61,164 nt of DNA, filler included, from Sphacelaria rigidula (GCA_964200075.2; 10 parts of 10 records of this genome joined end to end with filler, not necessarily neighbours in it), one strand, 5' to 3'; shown: positions 11,493 through 24,865, counted from the whole stretch's first letter. Numbers and translations: made by a program. The notes: generated from the sequence alone by a model not told the origin.

Positions 11493-11675
11493 CGCTTCCA
11501 GGAAGGTGAGAGACATTCTGAGCTGAAGATTCTGCCCCGGCTGCGGACCTCGAGGCCTCCTTCCCCTGCCTCCTCGTCGACCACCACCGAACAACTGCTC
11601 GAACAGATCTTGCGCGTCGTCTATGTCTATGTTTGACTGAAATCCATGAAACCCTCCGGCTCCGCCGCCGAATCC
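11493..11675 (-). CDS. DnaJ/Hsp40 co-chaperone, G/F-rich exon
   Basis: The acceptor is CTACAG|GGA and the donor GCG|GTATGT. The 183 nt (61 codons) read GFGGGAGGFHGFQSNIDIDDAQDLFEQLFGGGRRGGRGRRPRGPQPGQNLQLRMSLTFLEA, a G/F region with a DIF-like motif leading into the C-terminal domain. Confidence 0.88.
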
Positions 11676-12154
11676 CTGTAGTGGTTTCAGAGTGAAAGTC
11701 GGCATAAAACAAAACAATATATACAGTTGTTTGTTGCGTGAGATTGAGCGTCTAGCGTTGATTGATAATAAGTGAGTTTTATTGTTCGCTCTAACCTGAC
11801 CATCTCCATTCGTGTGTGCGCTTTTCTTTTTTGCCCGTGATGCTGTCGTGTGCTTATTTACAGCTGCAATACGCGTCGATATCCTACACAGGGATATCAA
11901 AGGCTTCAGTGGCAAGCTATTAACTCTTTTGGATCCCATTGACGATTTATGTTGTGGATCGGCATAATTTTCAGTCATTTTCAAGTCAAAATGATGCCGA
12001 TTCACAACAACAAAAATCGTTGATGAGTTCCCAAAGAGTTACTCCTGCAAATGATTTCACGGTTAGGATAAATCATCACGACTCAAAATCACCAAATTCA
12101 TGATTTCTGCGGCCTGATTGCCCAAAAGGGAGAAAAAAGTTGATCGCTGGTCCA

Positions 12155-12254
12155 NNNNNNNNNNNNNNNNNNNNNNNNNNNNNNNNNNNNNNNNNNNNTT
12201 AATTAATTAANNNNNNNNNNNNNNNNNNNNNNNNNNNNNNNNNNNNNNNNNNNN
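12155..12254. other. Artificial contig linker
   Basis: 44N-TTAATTAATTAA-44N. Confidence 0.99.
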
Positions 12255-13141
12255 GAAGAACGTGAAAGAGAAGCGCACAAAGTACAGTACAAACAGCGCA
12301 GGATTATATGTATGTTTTCTGCTCACAGTGCAACGTAAAAAGGACCTGAACAGTGTGCGCAGCTTTGTCTGCCTGCACTGTCCATAGGTGTGTATGCAGT
12401 GAACCGCCGGTTGTTGCTCGCAATATACCCCGCTGCTCAAGTTCAAACTTCCACCAACAAGACATACATCATGCTCAACTACTGCAGTTTGTATCTATAT
12501 CCCTGTGCCCAACTCGTGCTCTTTGCTGCAGGTTTATCGTGGTGGTATCATAGCTAGGGATAAGTGTTGTCGGGTTTGCAATTCAATCTGTCAACGGCGG
12601 GTGATACATATATTTTTTCTGGCGTGATGATCCGAAAGGTCCCCTGGAAGCAGTTATAGGACACTTGCACAAGTGCTGATGTACACGCTGGAGGATACTG
12701 CACGGCCATGTCTTCCGAAGTCCCAACAAATGCCTGAGAGGCCATAGTCGGTCCCTCCGCCAGAGGAATGATGCTCATATTTCCCTCTACCGTTCATATT
12801 TCCCTCTAAGGCCGGATGTTATGGCAACAGATCTTCGGCCCCGGATCTTCAAACTTCGTGTGACACCCATGTTATGGGCACAGATTTATCGAAATTTTGG
12901 GTGAAAAATCCGGGGCCAAGATTCGCGGCCCGACTCCCGCAGAATTTTGGGCAAACTGGCGGGGGTCGGCAAGCACAGATTTTTTCACCCGGATTTTTAC
13001 GTTTTGGCCGGTGGACCGCTATAATGGGGTCACGCCGCGTTTTGTTCCGTGTGCCGGCGTGTCGGCTGCGCCTTTTGGGGTGATACTGTTGACCACAATC
13101 AACAAACACACGAAGCAATCACACGCTGCAGCCGACTCGCG

Positions 13142-16100
13142 ATGGAGCCCGCTTCTAGCGTACAACACAGTAATCGACACGCCTCGGGCGTCAATCTCCT
13201 AGCAAAAGTGTTGCAGAGACGCGGAGAGAGGAGACATGTGATGCGCACTGTCGCAGTCTGGCAGGTGGTCTTGCGATCGTTCGACGAAGATGCCGAGTCG
13301 GACGAGAGCGACGACAGCAGCGCTCCCCGGGTGAAGCGTACGAGGCGGGTCTATCCCCGACCCGACTATCGTGCTTCGTTTTGGTGGCGCATGCTTGGCG
13401 AGACGGGTCTCGATGACCCGGGATCGAGAGAGGCCAGATTATTCCGGAGGCGCTTCCGGATCCCGCATCAGTTCTTCAAGGAGCTGATCAAAGTCGTGAA
13501 AGCAAAGAAATGGTTCCCGGCGACGGAAAGAGATGTGGCAGGGCGCATGTGCATCCCAGTGGAGCTAAAGGTGAACATGTTGCACCTGTCGAGAGACGAG
13601 AAAGAGCTGTGGCTGTGGGTGTATTGTATTTTTTTGGCGTGTGTACAGCAGCAGCTTCTCCGACTTTGTGGCATCTGGTGTGCTCCGTCGTCACTACACA
13701 GCATGTCGGGCAGGAGCGGCGTACGCCACGTTTACAACGCAATGATATAGAAAACAATTTTCGGACCGAAATAAGACATCTTGCCTCCCCGCTGCGCCCT
13801 GGTGCAGCGCGTGATCGCAGATGCAGCCACATGCGCTTGTCGAATGCAATCCACATGACATATGCCCGAAGTTTCAGCGCTTTGCAGGGCCTACAGCGCG
13901 CGTGCGGCCGTGCCTCCCGAATCCAGCACCCCTACAGTCGATAGGTGCACGAGTTTGTACAGGCTGTCATTTTCCAGTCATTTTCCAGTGGGTGTCCAAG
14001 TACCGATTGATCTGTGTTCCCCAGCGAAGAAGCCGACCACGAGGCGCAAATTAGTGCACCAGCGTGTCCATGTACGCAGTCACAAACAGTGCGCAAAGTC
14101 TGGGCTGCGTGGAGGCCACGTCACAGGCGTATCGGAGTAATGCCACGGTAGGTATGCACAAAATAGTCGCGAGGTTTGCATTCGCAGGAGGCCCTCATTT
14201 CATGAAAAAGACGACCCATTACAAATGTGAGAACACGCCAGAGATATAATTTAAAAGGACGAGGGATTTATCGAATATATTCTGAAACGGGAACGTCCTT
14301 ACCCATACTGTCGGCCGACGTCCTTTGCCCGACTGTGCAACCCCTATCGTGGCATGACTCATCGAGGGTATTGCATAAAATCCGTATTCGTTTCGTGCAG
14401 TATGTAGGTCGGCCCGAACGTGCAGCCGATCGCGGTACATGCCGTCCGTATTGTGTCCTACCAGTGCGCCAAGTTTAGCACCATATCCATCACGCACGGT
14501 GGAGACATCCACGAGCGAAATTTCCACAACAAAGTGTAAGGATTTTCGGATGTGGGCAATGGTTTTTGGATGCGGATCGGGTGCGAGCATTCACACATGT
14601 AGCGGGGGTATGCATGTAAATTATCAGAGTCTTTGACGCTGGTGCAAACCTGACCCGCAGAGGTGTGGGCGCACGTGGGTGTCTTCCGCCCGTTGGCACA
14701 CGTGCTGCATAGACGGTAAGGCGTGTCACTTTGTGCCTGTGTGTCCTTCCGAGCTTTGATGTGCGTGGATAAAATATCACAGTCCGTGGGGTTCATGGCG
14801 ACACCACTGAGTACACACCAGGAAGTCGACGGCGTTACTTTTTTTCTGTCTCTGCCACCTACCTCTCGGATTAATTCCACCCTCCTGCGGCAGTGGTACA
14901 AGCCTCGATTTTTCATTGCACGCTCGCCTACAACAGTACTGCTTCGAGCCAGTGTCGTAGAGGCCATGCGGGGGCATCTGGAACTGGGTCAGCTCAAACC
15001 TGCTGTATGTATTGGTTGCTACCGTCGCACCTCATTTCCAGGGTTCCTGGTGCACACTCCCTCGTAATCACCGGAGGGGGGTTCCATGAGCGGAAAGCTT
15101 GAGTGATGTGTCCTCCATTGTTGTAGTGACTTACTGACAACGATAGAGTCCGAATGTTGCACATACGGTCTGTAGGCTGCCGTGTTGTCTTGGTACTGTA
15201 TAGCAGAAAAACAGAAGATGCGCGTGGGGGAGTGGAGGCTGTTGTTCTTTCCTGGCATCGTATTGCGGCAAAGAATGTCATGGCTTCACCCCCTAGACGA
15301 CGAGGGCAGCCCATCTGGAGCATGCATTATTTTCTCGAGTGAAAAATGATGCCGAGTCGGCAGGTGACCAACCCTCGCGATGAAATGCTTAATCGGTTGG
15401 CGACTCATTGCTCATCGCTTCGTGATATTTTCATTTGCATGTGATGGTCAGGTCCTGTCATCGCTGCACATTCTAGGGAGGGGCAACTTCTTCGAAGACA
15501 TGACCCAGGCGTCACACATGAGTGAGAAAACGATACAGAGCTCCTTCCACAAGTTCAACAAGCTGTTCGCTCAGGAGTTTTACCGTGAACACGTACATCT
15601 GCCAACAGGAGATGACCAGGACGAGGTAATAATCGCTTCAAGGATGTGGTCTAGATGCGTGTCGCGGTTTGCAGATGCGCCGCGAAATCATTTTAATAGA
15701 CTGCAGTGAATTTTCCTGAATTTTGATTCGAAGAGAGTGTGCACGTTTTTGTCTCAGATAATTGGAGTGGGCAACCCCGCACGATCGACGATCTGCGTTT
15801 GCCACCCCCTCAGGCGCCCGACTGCACGTAGAAGGGGCGCGCGCGTGTACCCGAGTGCGGGCAAGGGTGCGAAGCAACAGAAACACTGTTGGACAGTACA
15901 TGATGTGGTCAAAACAGCTTCAGGAACTTGTGCTCACCTGCTGTACGGGTGGCAACAGCTCTTTCGAATCAACCCGTTACGAATTCGAGGCTGAACACTT
16001 GCAGCTTTGAAGAAACTGATGGCAGTAAATTTAGCGCAGATCGGACCGGAATTCACGATAAGATATTGTAAGATGCAAGAGTCTCGGCGGATGAGAAATC

Positions 16101-18281
16101 TGTCTTCGACAATGCGGCGTTGGGATATCAGAAACGGGTCCCAGACCCATCAGCCTCTCGGCGCGAGGACCCCCTCCCCCCCCTCTCCCCCCGCCCCCGA
16201 GAGGGTATGGCGCAATAGCCAGCACGTATTCGGGAACAGTACCTGACTACAGGGATTGTACGATAAATCATACACTGTAGTGTGCATTATCGGAAGATGA
16301 CCAATGTCGGCGCACAAGAAGGTGCTCGCTGGTTGAGCGATCAGCTGAATAATGGATTTCCTCGTGAGTACCTACCTGCGGTTGTGCATTACCTCTGTGC
16401 CGCTGCATGACTGCACACCGCCGTGCCCAGAGTGATCGCCGGCTGAAGCTCAAGCTTAATTTGCTGCAGTGGCTACAATACAGAGTAAGTACTACAAACG
16501 TGTTGTTGTCCGCGAATATCAGGTGATCATGTAAAATTGAGGACGGAGTTTTTCACACATGTGAAAAGCACGAGTACGACTCGCGGCAGTCGCGCTCGTT
16601 GGGCTACTAGTTGGCGGTAAACCTTATCAGGGCGAGTACTGGAGCCATTGATCGATGTCGAGCCACTCGAGTAACTGATCCTTGAAAATACAATGGGGCG
16701 AGCACTCGAGTCATTGCTCGTTGTGGAAAAAATAATACGGCGAGCACTGGATTGACTGCTCGTCACATGAAAAAGTAATGACTCAAGCACACGAGTCACG
16801 CTCATTGTGTTTTCAAGAAACATCTGCGACTGCGCCCCTCTCGACGAGTTTTGACCCGTCCTCATAGGATTTTTTCTTGAGGGTGAGAACGCGGAGAGTT
16901 CTAAAATTCGTATGGACACCACGTCTTCGAGTAGGGCACCATTTCTTCACCCGCTGGTGACTTTTGACAGGTGCGACACGCCATATAAATTTGGGTTTCG
17001 GTCACTACGACTGTGCTGCTCAACCACTACTTTTGTTGTAAACCGGGACGCCCATGCGGATAATCTGTCCAATCTACACTGCAAAACTGTCCCGCTGCGT
17101 CGTACTATAGTACGAATCCTACAAAACGGAAAGCTAAGGGTGTCTTGTCGCCATGATTTCTCCCAGAGTCTTTCCCCCCGACCTACTCGATTGCTCTCTA
17201 TTTGCAAATTAAGCAGGTGAGGCGCATTATGATCATCTCGGATTCACGGGAGCGATCGGCTCCACCGATGTCACCCGCATAAAATGGGCAGCCTGCCCGT
17301 ATTCGTGGGAGAAGCAGTACACTGAGAAGGAGGGTTTCGCGACCATCGCGTACCAAGCGATTGTGGATCACACCGGGCGAGTCCTGGCCGCGACCAAGGG
17401 CTATGCCGGTTCGATGAACGACAAGACTATCACCCGATACGATGCAGCGATCAAAGAAATCCAAACCTCGACGGTCTATACGGAGAAGGCGTACTCTCTC
17501 TTCGACGAGCATGGTGTGTCTTCCGAGCGCAAAGGCAATTACAGTATCGTGGACAACGGATACAACAAGGTGACTTCACATTTGTTATGCCCCTTGTTCA
17601 CCCGCATGTAACCCTGTGTGCTGTACTTCCGGGTCGGGTTTCTGCGCATGTACGCGTGGGATCTTGAAGAGAGTTGGTGGTTGGGTTTCTGGAGGGTAGG
17701 ATTTGCCGTGGGCCAGCCGTTGACCCCCTACTGTCGGTGTTTTCTGGTTGTTGACGTGCCGTTCTTATCAGTGTTTCGTGGTTGTTCAATTTTCGGTCTT
17801 TCAACCATGTCGGGCAGGTCCACGGTTGATATCTCGAGTGAGGAAAATGACTGAAGAAGAAAGGGCGAGTAAGATGCGGCGGGACGCTTGATGCATAGCT
17901 GCCGATCGTCAATTGCATGGTCACGACACCTTGAATATCCGTGGCCGGTAGATAGCAAGGATTTTACTTTTGCTACACACCATTCGAAAACAAATAACGA
18001 TAGACTGTGTCTCGCTACTATGACACACACACAGCTGAAGTATGCTTAGTTGTGAAAGTGAGCCATGGACAAAGGACGGAGCTCCCCCCCCCACCCCATT
18101 CCATCCCCCGGCGCACTCCTCTCCGCTTCAGTGGGGGATCCTCATCCCCCCTACCCAAATTTCCAGGCACGGTGATGGAAAGCAGGTGGAGCAAAGCACT
18201 GGAGAGCGTGCGCAAGGATGTGGAGTGCTTTTTCGGTATTCTCAAAGGTCGGTTCAGGATCCTGAAACTGGGAGTTCTTTT
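13142..18281 (+). pseudogene. Intron-containing PIF/Harbinger (DDE_Tnp_4 / HARBI1-like) transposase, frameshifted and 3'-truncated by the contig end
   Basis: The exons are 13142-13570 (..LFRRRFRIPHQFFKELI..IPVELK), 15452-15625 (VLSSLHILGRGNFFED..), 17217-17569 (GFTGAIGSTDVTRI..GSMNDKT..IVDNGYNK) and 18132-18281 (..SVRKDVECFFGILKGRFRIL). All have GT-AG boundaries. Catalytic D/D/E motifs are present, with 1-nt frameshifts near 17221 and ~18155. Confidence 0.88.
16570..16810 (+). repeat. Tandem ~40 bp repeat in Harbinger intron 2
   Basis: GGCGAGCACTCGAGTCATTGCTCGTTGTGGAAAAAATAATA-type units, the same family as 5745-5925. Confidence 0.75.
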
Positions 18282-18381
18282 NNNNNNNNNNNNNNNNNNN
18301 NNNNNNNNNNNNNNNNNNNNNNNNNTTAATTAATTAANNNNNNNNNNNNNNNNNNNNNNNNNNNNNNNNNNNNNNNNNNNN
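18282..18381. other. Artificial contig linker
   Basis: 44N-TTAATTAATTAA-44N. Confidence 0.99.
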
Positions 18382-18448
18382 GAAGGACATCTGACACACT
18401 TATGAGCCTCTTTTTTCGTGCAACCAAATATCCCCCCCCTTTCGTAGG

Positions 18449-21400
18449 ATGACTCACGGGCGAAAGGCCTGCTTCGCCACTACACCGGAAGCAATGAAGG
18501 CCATGGTCTGGGCGTTCCAGACGTCGGACCCCGGTATCGACGCGAAATGTATTTCGCTGACGTACCTGAAGAGCAAGGCTTCCAGCGATCTACACGCCAA
18601 ACCCGCAGCGCAATCGATCGCCGTCAATATGCTCGTAAGGTATGCACCGCCGGTACATCCAGTCGCTTGTTGTGATAATGTCGAGTTATCTTTCATTAAT
18701 TCGCCTCACCAAAGGATGACGAGAGTGTGTCATGTGGTATGTGTCCTGTTTGATGGACCGTTATAACCAGTTTATCCAAGGTAGAACTACACATACCTCC
18801 CCCCTCCGCGCGAAGCAGTCTATTTTCAAAACTGAGGATAGATTTTTGGTAGAGGACGAAGCTCGGGAACCTTCGTCAACATCGAAAAGGTTTCGAAATG
18901 AAAATGCAAAAGCATTCTCCGGTTGGGATATGTGACCTCACTCATCGTAGCAAACGAAATATAAGATCAACAGTGTTTTGTACCGGAATCACTGGAGGAC
19001 GATATCGACCCGTATAAACACCGGAGGTCATGAATTGCAGATGGTTGTTTTCGAGGATGAGCGAGGCTACACATCACAGGCGGAGAGTGTAGATGTGTCT
19101 TTATTTCGAATATATCGCGATGCTTATGAAAGATCCCATGGACGGTACCCAAACAACATTCATCCTCGATCTTCGACCGTGCCACGCCAGACATTCGAGG
19201 GCGAATAAGATGACACCCACACCGAAAGATTGGGATCGGGTCACCAAAAACGCCCGCATCGCGCACAACCTGGTGGAGAGAATCGAGAGCGTAGTGCCTC
19301 GTCTTGCTTGGACGGACAGGTTTGAGGAGTGAGTGCCGTTATTCTGTAGCCCGACCGCCGCCCGAGGTAAGGCGCTCTGTCCATATCGAGAACACGTGTG
19401 AATGCGCCGCCGTGTACGTGAGTGTCTCTGCACACTAGTCGACCTGTCACAGAATATGGTGTGACGTTTGATGTTTTGGATTCCGATTTCTGCGAACAGC
19501 GGCGTGCACAAAATGATGAACAATACGTACGGGTTGAAAGATTTCCAGCTGTTCGTGGGGAACAATATATCGTCCGTAGACAAGACGATAACAGAGACAA
19601 GGGAAAGCCTGCCGGCTGAAGAACAGGAAGGCGAAGCCATGAAGGAATTCGAGGCGGTCTACAAGGGAAGACTTCCACGGCCCTTGGAGCTGGTGCGTTA
19701 CTCCCCGTCGGTAGTTGACTTAATCCTAGGAAAGTTGAGACATATATTCGCTGTCGCGAGCTGATCGGTGACCGGCCTCGCTGCCCAGGCACGGAAGTCA
19801 ACTGTATCTTTCCCGGTAGTAATAGTCGAGGAGTGTAAAACACCACCGCCTACATACATTTGCACTCCAGAGACAAAGCAGAGACTTGCTGCCGGCCGTC
19901 CCTTATTTTGTATCTTAGTTCATACTTGACATACCAGAGATATTGCCGTCACCGCCGTTCGCAGATGACACAAAGAGGGACACTCAAGTTTTTCAGCGAA
20001 ACGTGGAGGAAAAAATGGAACGCGATAAACGACAAGACAGCGCGTTTAACTCGTGGGTGGCGGCGGCGAGGGAGATGTGAACGACGCATCCGTTGGGGAG
20101 GCCGACGGCGAGGGTGAGGAGGGCCGGGACCCCCCAGCAGCGGGTAGTCGCGAGGGCAACATGTGCGAGTCGTGCAAACCCCCCCTACACGTCAGGTGAG
20201 TGTGAAATCAGCGCACATAGAGTATCTAGTCGGAGGGCGGGCACCGAGATACACACCCATCGACGAAGGCATTGCTCGCGAGACTGTCGATCGATTCGCC
20301 GCCGACATATATTCCTCTGTCCCCATTCCCGCAGGTACCGATGCACGCACTGCAGGGTTGCACACCATACGTTCTGCGACCTGCTCGTCCATATCTCAGA
20401 AGATGCGACTCTGGCCGAGCGAAAAAATCGCCTTTGCATATCGTGCGAGGGCGAGCCAGAGCGCCGGGAGAGGAAAGAATCTCAGGATCCAGCCGGAGAC
20501 GGCGTCACATCAAATAGCGGGAAGAAAGCGAGGAAGGCAAGCGTTCCCCGACCGCCCGCCGGCGCCACCATGGAAGAGCAAAGGTGTGAAGATCGCAGAT
20601 CCAGCCGAGCGTTTCCTCGTGTGAAAACAGTCGCCGGTGAATTTCATCTTTTCGGCACGTGTCTCTCAGCGAGTGTCCTTGGTCACATAACCCTTCTTAC
20701 TTCCCCGCGGATACACCAACGCGAGAAATGACCGATCGGTTGGCAACCATGGCTGTTTCGCGTTCATACTCTCGCAGTACACCGTGAGAGTGTTCCTACG
20801 TCAGGGTGGGGGAGGGAACGGGTGTGGCGGCGTAAGGCAATACCGTAGGTCTTAATCAGACCCCAAGACTCGATACATATTGTCGTCTTCTATACTGTGT
20901 TTGTTACCACTCTTATAATACCTGCGGTTTGTTTGTGCCGCAATTCGTCGAATTTGACATGTGCCGATGTAGACCCCCTCCCCTCCAAAGAGTTGCGCTC
21001 GTAACAAAACCACAACACAGGTGAACGCAATGAGATGAAATGGAGTCGGTGTTAACTGCAGGCTAATAAAAATGAAAGCAGACATACGTAATGATGACCC
21101 GTCGGGTAGGGTGCGTGTTTCGACGGTGCTTTGGTTGTCTGCCTCAGGATCGCACTTCACCCGCGTTCTTCCGTCGGATATCGATATGTACCGTGTGGAA
21201 TGGCCTTCGTTTTTTGGCACAGGCGCAAGAATTCTACCACGCACGCGGTAAACCTACTTCGTAGAGGGTGTGAGCTGATCGATGGAGGCGACCCCCTGTC
21301 TGTGGCACGCCAGCTGAAGCTCATCCTCGTCTCCTTGGATGCCGAGAAAAGCATCCTGACACTAACGGACGGCCACGTGAAGAGGTACTTCAAGCGGTTC

Positions 21401-24400
21401 GTGAGCAAACTGCTGAGCGCCTTGCATCCTTTGGGGATGATCGCATTTGCCGTGCCGCGGCCGTGGTTCCCGCATGAAAATTGAATCAGAGGTACCACCC
21501 CACACGCAATACATAGAGAGGGAAATGCGGGATTTAAATGAAGGTGATATGGCATCGTTTGGTACCTAGAATTGTAGCGAGAAAACGATCGCTATACTCG
21601 GAGATAGATGGTGGCCACAGAAGGTATAGCAGGAAGGGGATAAGGTCTGTAAGAACTTTGTGTCATGTATTGAAGAAGAGTCATGAGTGCCCAATTGTTG
21701 GATGTATTCATTAAGTGTAGGAACGGTGCTCCGGCTAAGTATCGCGCGGTCAATGGTCAAATGGCGAAGGCAAGCAAAAAACGAGTATGCCCCCCCCCCC
21801 CCACCCTTCCCCCGCCCGAGCGAGGTCAATGGTCTGATGACTATGGCACGCATGATCATGAGTACACCCCCGCCTGACCGCCCCACCCCGCCCCGGCCCT
21901 CGCTGTCGCCGACCCATATGCACCACTTCACAGACGACATCACTCAAGACCACACCATGGCGCTCGAAGAAGACCCTATCCTCATCGAATATTCCAGCAA
22001 ACACGGGGGCTCTCGGAAGAGAGAAGAGAAATTATATTTCTACCCGCATCACGAAGCCATCAGGGTGGCCCACAAACGGTCAGAGCAAGAGGGGAAATGT
22101 TTCACGATGAATCAAAGGGTTACATTTGCCGACCCCTACGGCAGCACAATCAGGGGGAAAATGCCAGATTGCTGGCAGAAGATCGGCGGCGGGCACACCG
22201 AGATATTGACGTACAAGCAAGGAGCTCCGGCGGGCGGCCCCGACAATTCTTTTCTCCCGGGATTGTTGCGCACCTTCGTTTGGAGGTGATGGCGCATCCG
22301 GTGGTTAATGGAGGGCATTACTCCACCCCTCGTGATATTGTCAGACGGTTCGGTCATAGTCGATATTTGTACGGATTGGTAGTTTTTCAAACGGTGTACA
22401 CTCGGTCCTATTCCACTTTCTACTCCGACATTTTTCATCACTAAAGTGTTGAGTCTTGTTTTTTTTTCCTCATACTAGCGTAAGGCAACTCGTCATGTGA
22501 CAAGCGGGTCGTTGTATGTACTGTTCTATCAGGGTGCGTGTCACGAAAGGTGCTGATTCATTCGTTGAGCGACGAACCTCACAATCGACCACTCCGCGCC
22601 GATCGCGAGGTCTCACTACTGCGTCGTTAATCCAGCATCGTTGCCTCTTCATATCCATGGAGGTTCACCAACAAGGGCGACGCTGTCCTTGGTGTTGGGC
22701 TCGAGAGGACGCAACTGCTGGAGATCGCCCTCCAAGGCGGGCGCCCTATCGAGCTCTTTCTCTCAGATGCCTGTCTATCCGGCAAGGTGCATGATCGCGA
22801 AGAGAAGACGTTCCAGAAAGCATTCTCCTCTGGGCTCTTCACGGTACAGAGAGCCACACCACCGCTAGGCAGTATACATGCGAACATAAAAGTCGTGTTC
22901 CCTGATTGCCGTAGCGGCGGGTCTTCATGCAGGTGTCACAGGTTTTCGTCTGTGAGACGTGTCATGAACTCTCACCAATCTTTCCAACTGCCAACGGCTC
23001 GTTTTCACCCTCTATTTCTCGACAGCACGATATCGGCGGCGCAGTGTATGTGGGCCCAGCGTTGCTCCCGTCGAAGCTGCCGGCCGACACGACCCCGCCG
23101 GCATTGCGGACTCCTGCCGCCGGTACCTTTGCTGAAGAGGTCATGAAGACCGCCGTGCAGCCGTTCGGATACACAGTGGAGGTGAGAGTGCTTCGGGCGA
23201 GACAAACGGTGTTCATATCGAGTCATGTGTACTTGCTTCTTGGCCGTTTGAGGGTCGCACAGTGAGGGCAAGGTGGTGATCAGGCTAGCGGGCGCCTACG
23301 CACCAGTTTTGTTCTTTTTGCATATTCCTTGACGCATTTGCCAGTCAAATATACTTTCTCTGTACCAAACAAGAGGACACCCTGAATTGTACGGGCCCTT
23401 CACCTTGCCCGGATTTTGGTCCGATCTTTGTTATATATTTTTGGTCAATTTTCGGTTAAAAGCAAATTTTGTCTACATTTGGTGCTTGCTTCGTACGAAT
23501 GAAAAGAAATAATCAGGCCCGAAAATGGCCGCACACCCCCCTTTCTAAACTCCAGAGACGAACAACATTCTACAAAAACAATGAACAATAATCTCCACCG
23601 CGATTCAACCACTAGTTTTACGTATTACCGTGTGCTGACCCCACAGCCTTCTTAACTGACAAACCTTGCCGGTTAAAAACCAGCGCTTTTCGGCTCGACA
23701 ACGGCCAAAACCTTCTACGAATGATTCGAAATTGTAGAATAAGTGCGATGCTCGGGAATATTTCGGCCCATTTCAAGTAAAGAACTCGTTATTCTCCCTT
23801 TACGTCGGCTAAGTCTGCCCTCTAACTTCGTAACGAACCCATCTGTAAAGCCGTCACAGCGACCACTATACCCACACAACGTATTGCCCCTCGGTACCCT
23901 AAATCATGGGACAGGCGAGTGAGAATGCCATCACTCGGGGGTCGACTTCTACCCTTCTAGTCGCGATACGCGGAGATTTCGAAGGCAACGGGCATGGCAT
24001 GATAAAGAGAATGCCTATCGCGCTTCGAATCCTTCGTTTGGGATCATCCAGAGTGTGTATCGCTGAGAATCTGGGGGTGGTGTTCGTCGCGGGATCTCGT
24101 ACCATCGTTTTCACACGTCTACAGTGAATGTTTGAAGTCTATTACACATTCTTGCTTCCCCTCTTCGCGACGTGACTAGGAACGGCGTCTCGCGCATTCA
24201 CCTCCGCCGCACGTGCCATTCAATTTGGTCACAGTTTTCGAGTCTGGATCAGGTCAACAGGCTGCACGTGATCGCGAAACAAGGCGAAGAGATCGCCTAT
24301 CCGGACATTCCCGTCTGGGGGAAGTATAACAAAGATGACACTCCCGAGGAGACACTTTCTACGATAGCCCCCCCCCAAACCCAGCTGAAAGTGTCACGAA

Positions 24401-24408
24401 AAAACCGG
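18449..24408 (+). pseudogene. Multi-exon gene of unknown family with a PHD finger (C4HC3); frameshifted, both ends missing
   Basis: Approximate exons are 18449-18634, 19041-19328, 19500-19692, 19965-20195, 20335-20636, 21223-~21390, 21934-22285, ~22640-22843, 23026-23181 and 24253-24408, with AG/GT boundaries. Phases agree across the first four junctions and are uncertain later. Splicing 20195 to 20335 gives MCESCKPPLHVRYRCTHCRVAHHTFCDLLVHISEDATLAERKNRLCISC. Confidence 0.65.
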
Positions 24409-24508
24409 NNNNNNNNNNNNNNNNNNNNNNNNNNNNNNNNNNNNNNNNNNNNTTAATTAATTAANNNNNNNNNNNNNNNNNNNNNNNNNNNNNNNNNNNN
24501 NNNNNNNN
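24409..24508. other. Artificial contig linker
   Basis: 44N-TTAATTAATTAA-44N. Confidence 0.99.
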
Positions 24509-24769
24509 TAGGGATGGGAGATCAATGGTCTTACGACTATGGCATGCATGATCATGAGTACACCCCCCGTCAGCACCCCTAGCGACCAGGTTTACTTTTT
24601 TATTGCGTAGTGGTGACGCTTAGCCGTGGGGTTGCAAACCCTGATCTGTTTATACTGATGAATTAGTATGGTGAGTGTCACGGCCATTTTTTGTTTTTCG
24701 TCATTGTTTCAACCTTCACGCGTGACAAACCCGTGGTGTTGATATCTGTTGAAGAAGTCGATCAAGACA

Positions 24770-24865
24770 CACGAACAATAAACGGAAAGTCTGGTGGGCT
24801 TCGCGAGGTTCGTTTATTTGCTTGTGGTCCTTGCCCGCTCTGTCACGATGACCTCGGATGCCGGC
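24770..24865 (+). repeat. Dispersed repeat family D
   Basis: The reverse complement (GCCGGCATCCGAGGTCATCGTGACAGAGCGGGCAAGG..GAACCTCGCGAAGCCCACCAGAC) matches ~30270-30420 and two tandem copies at ~42360-42680. Confidence 0.75.
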
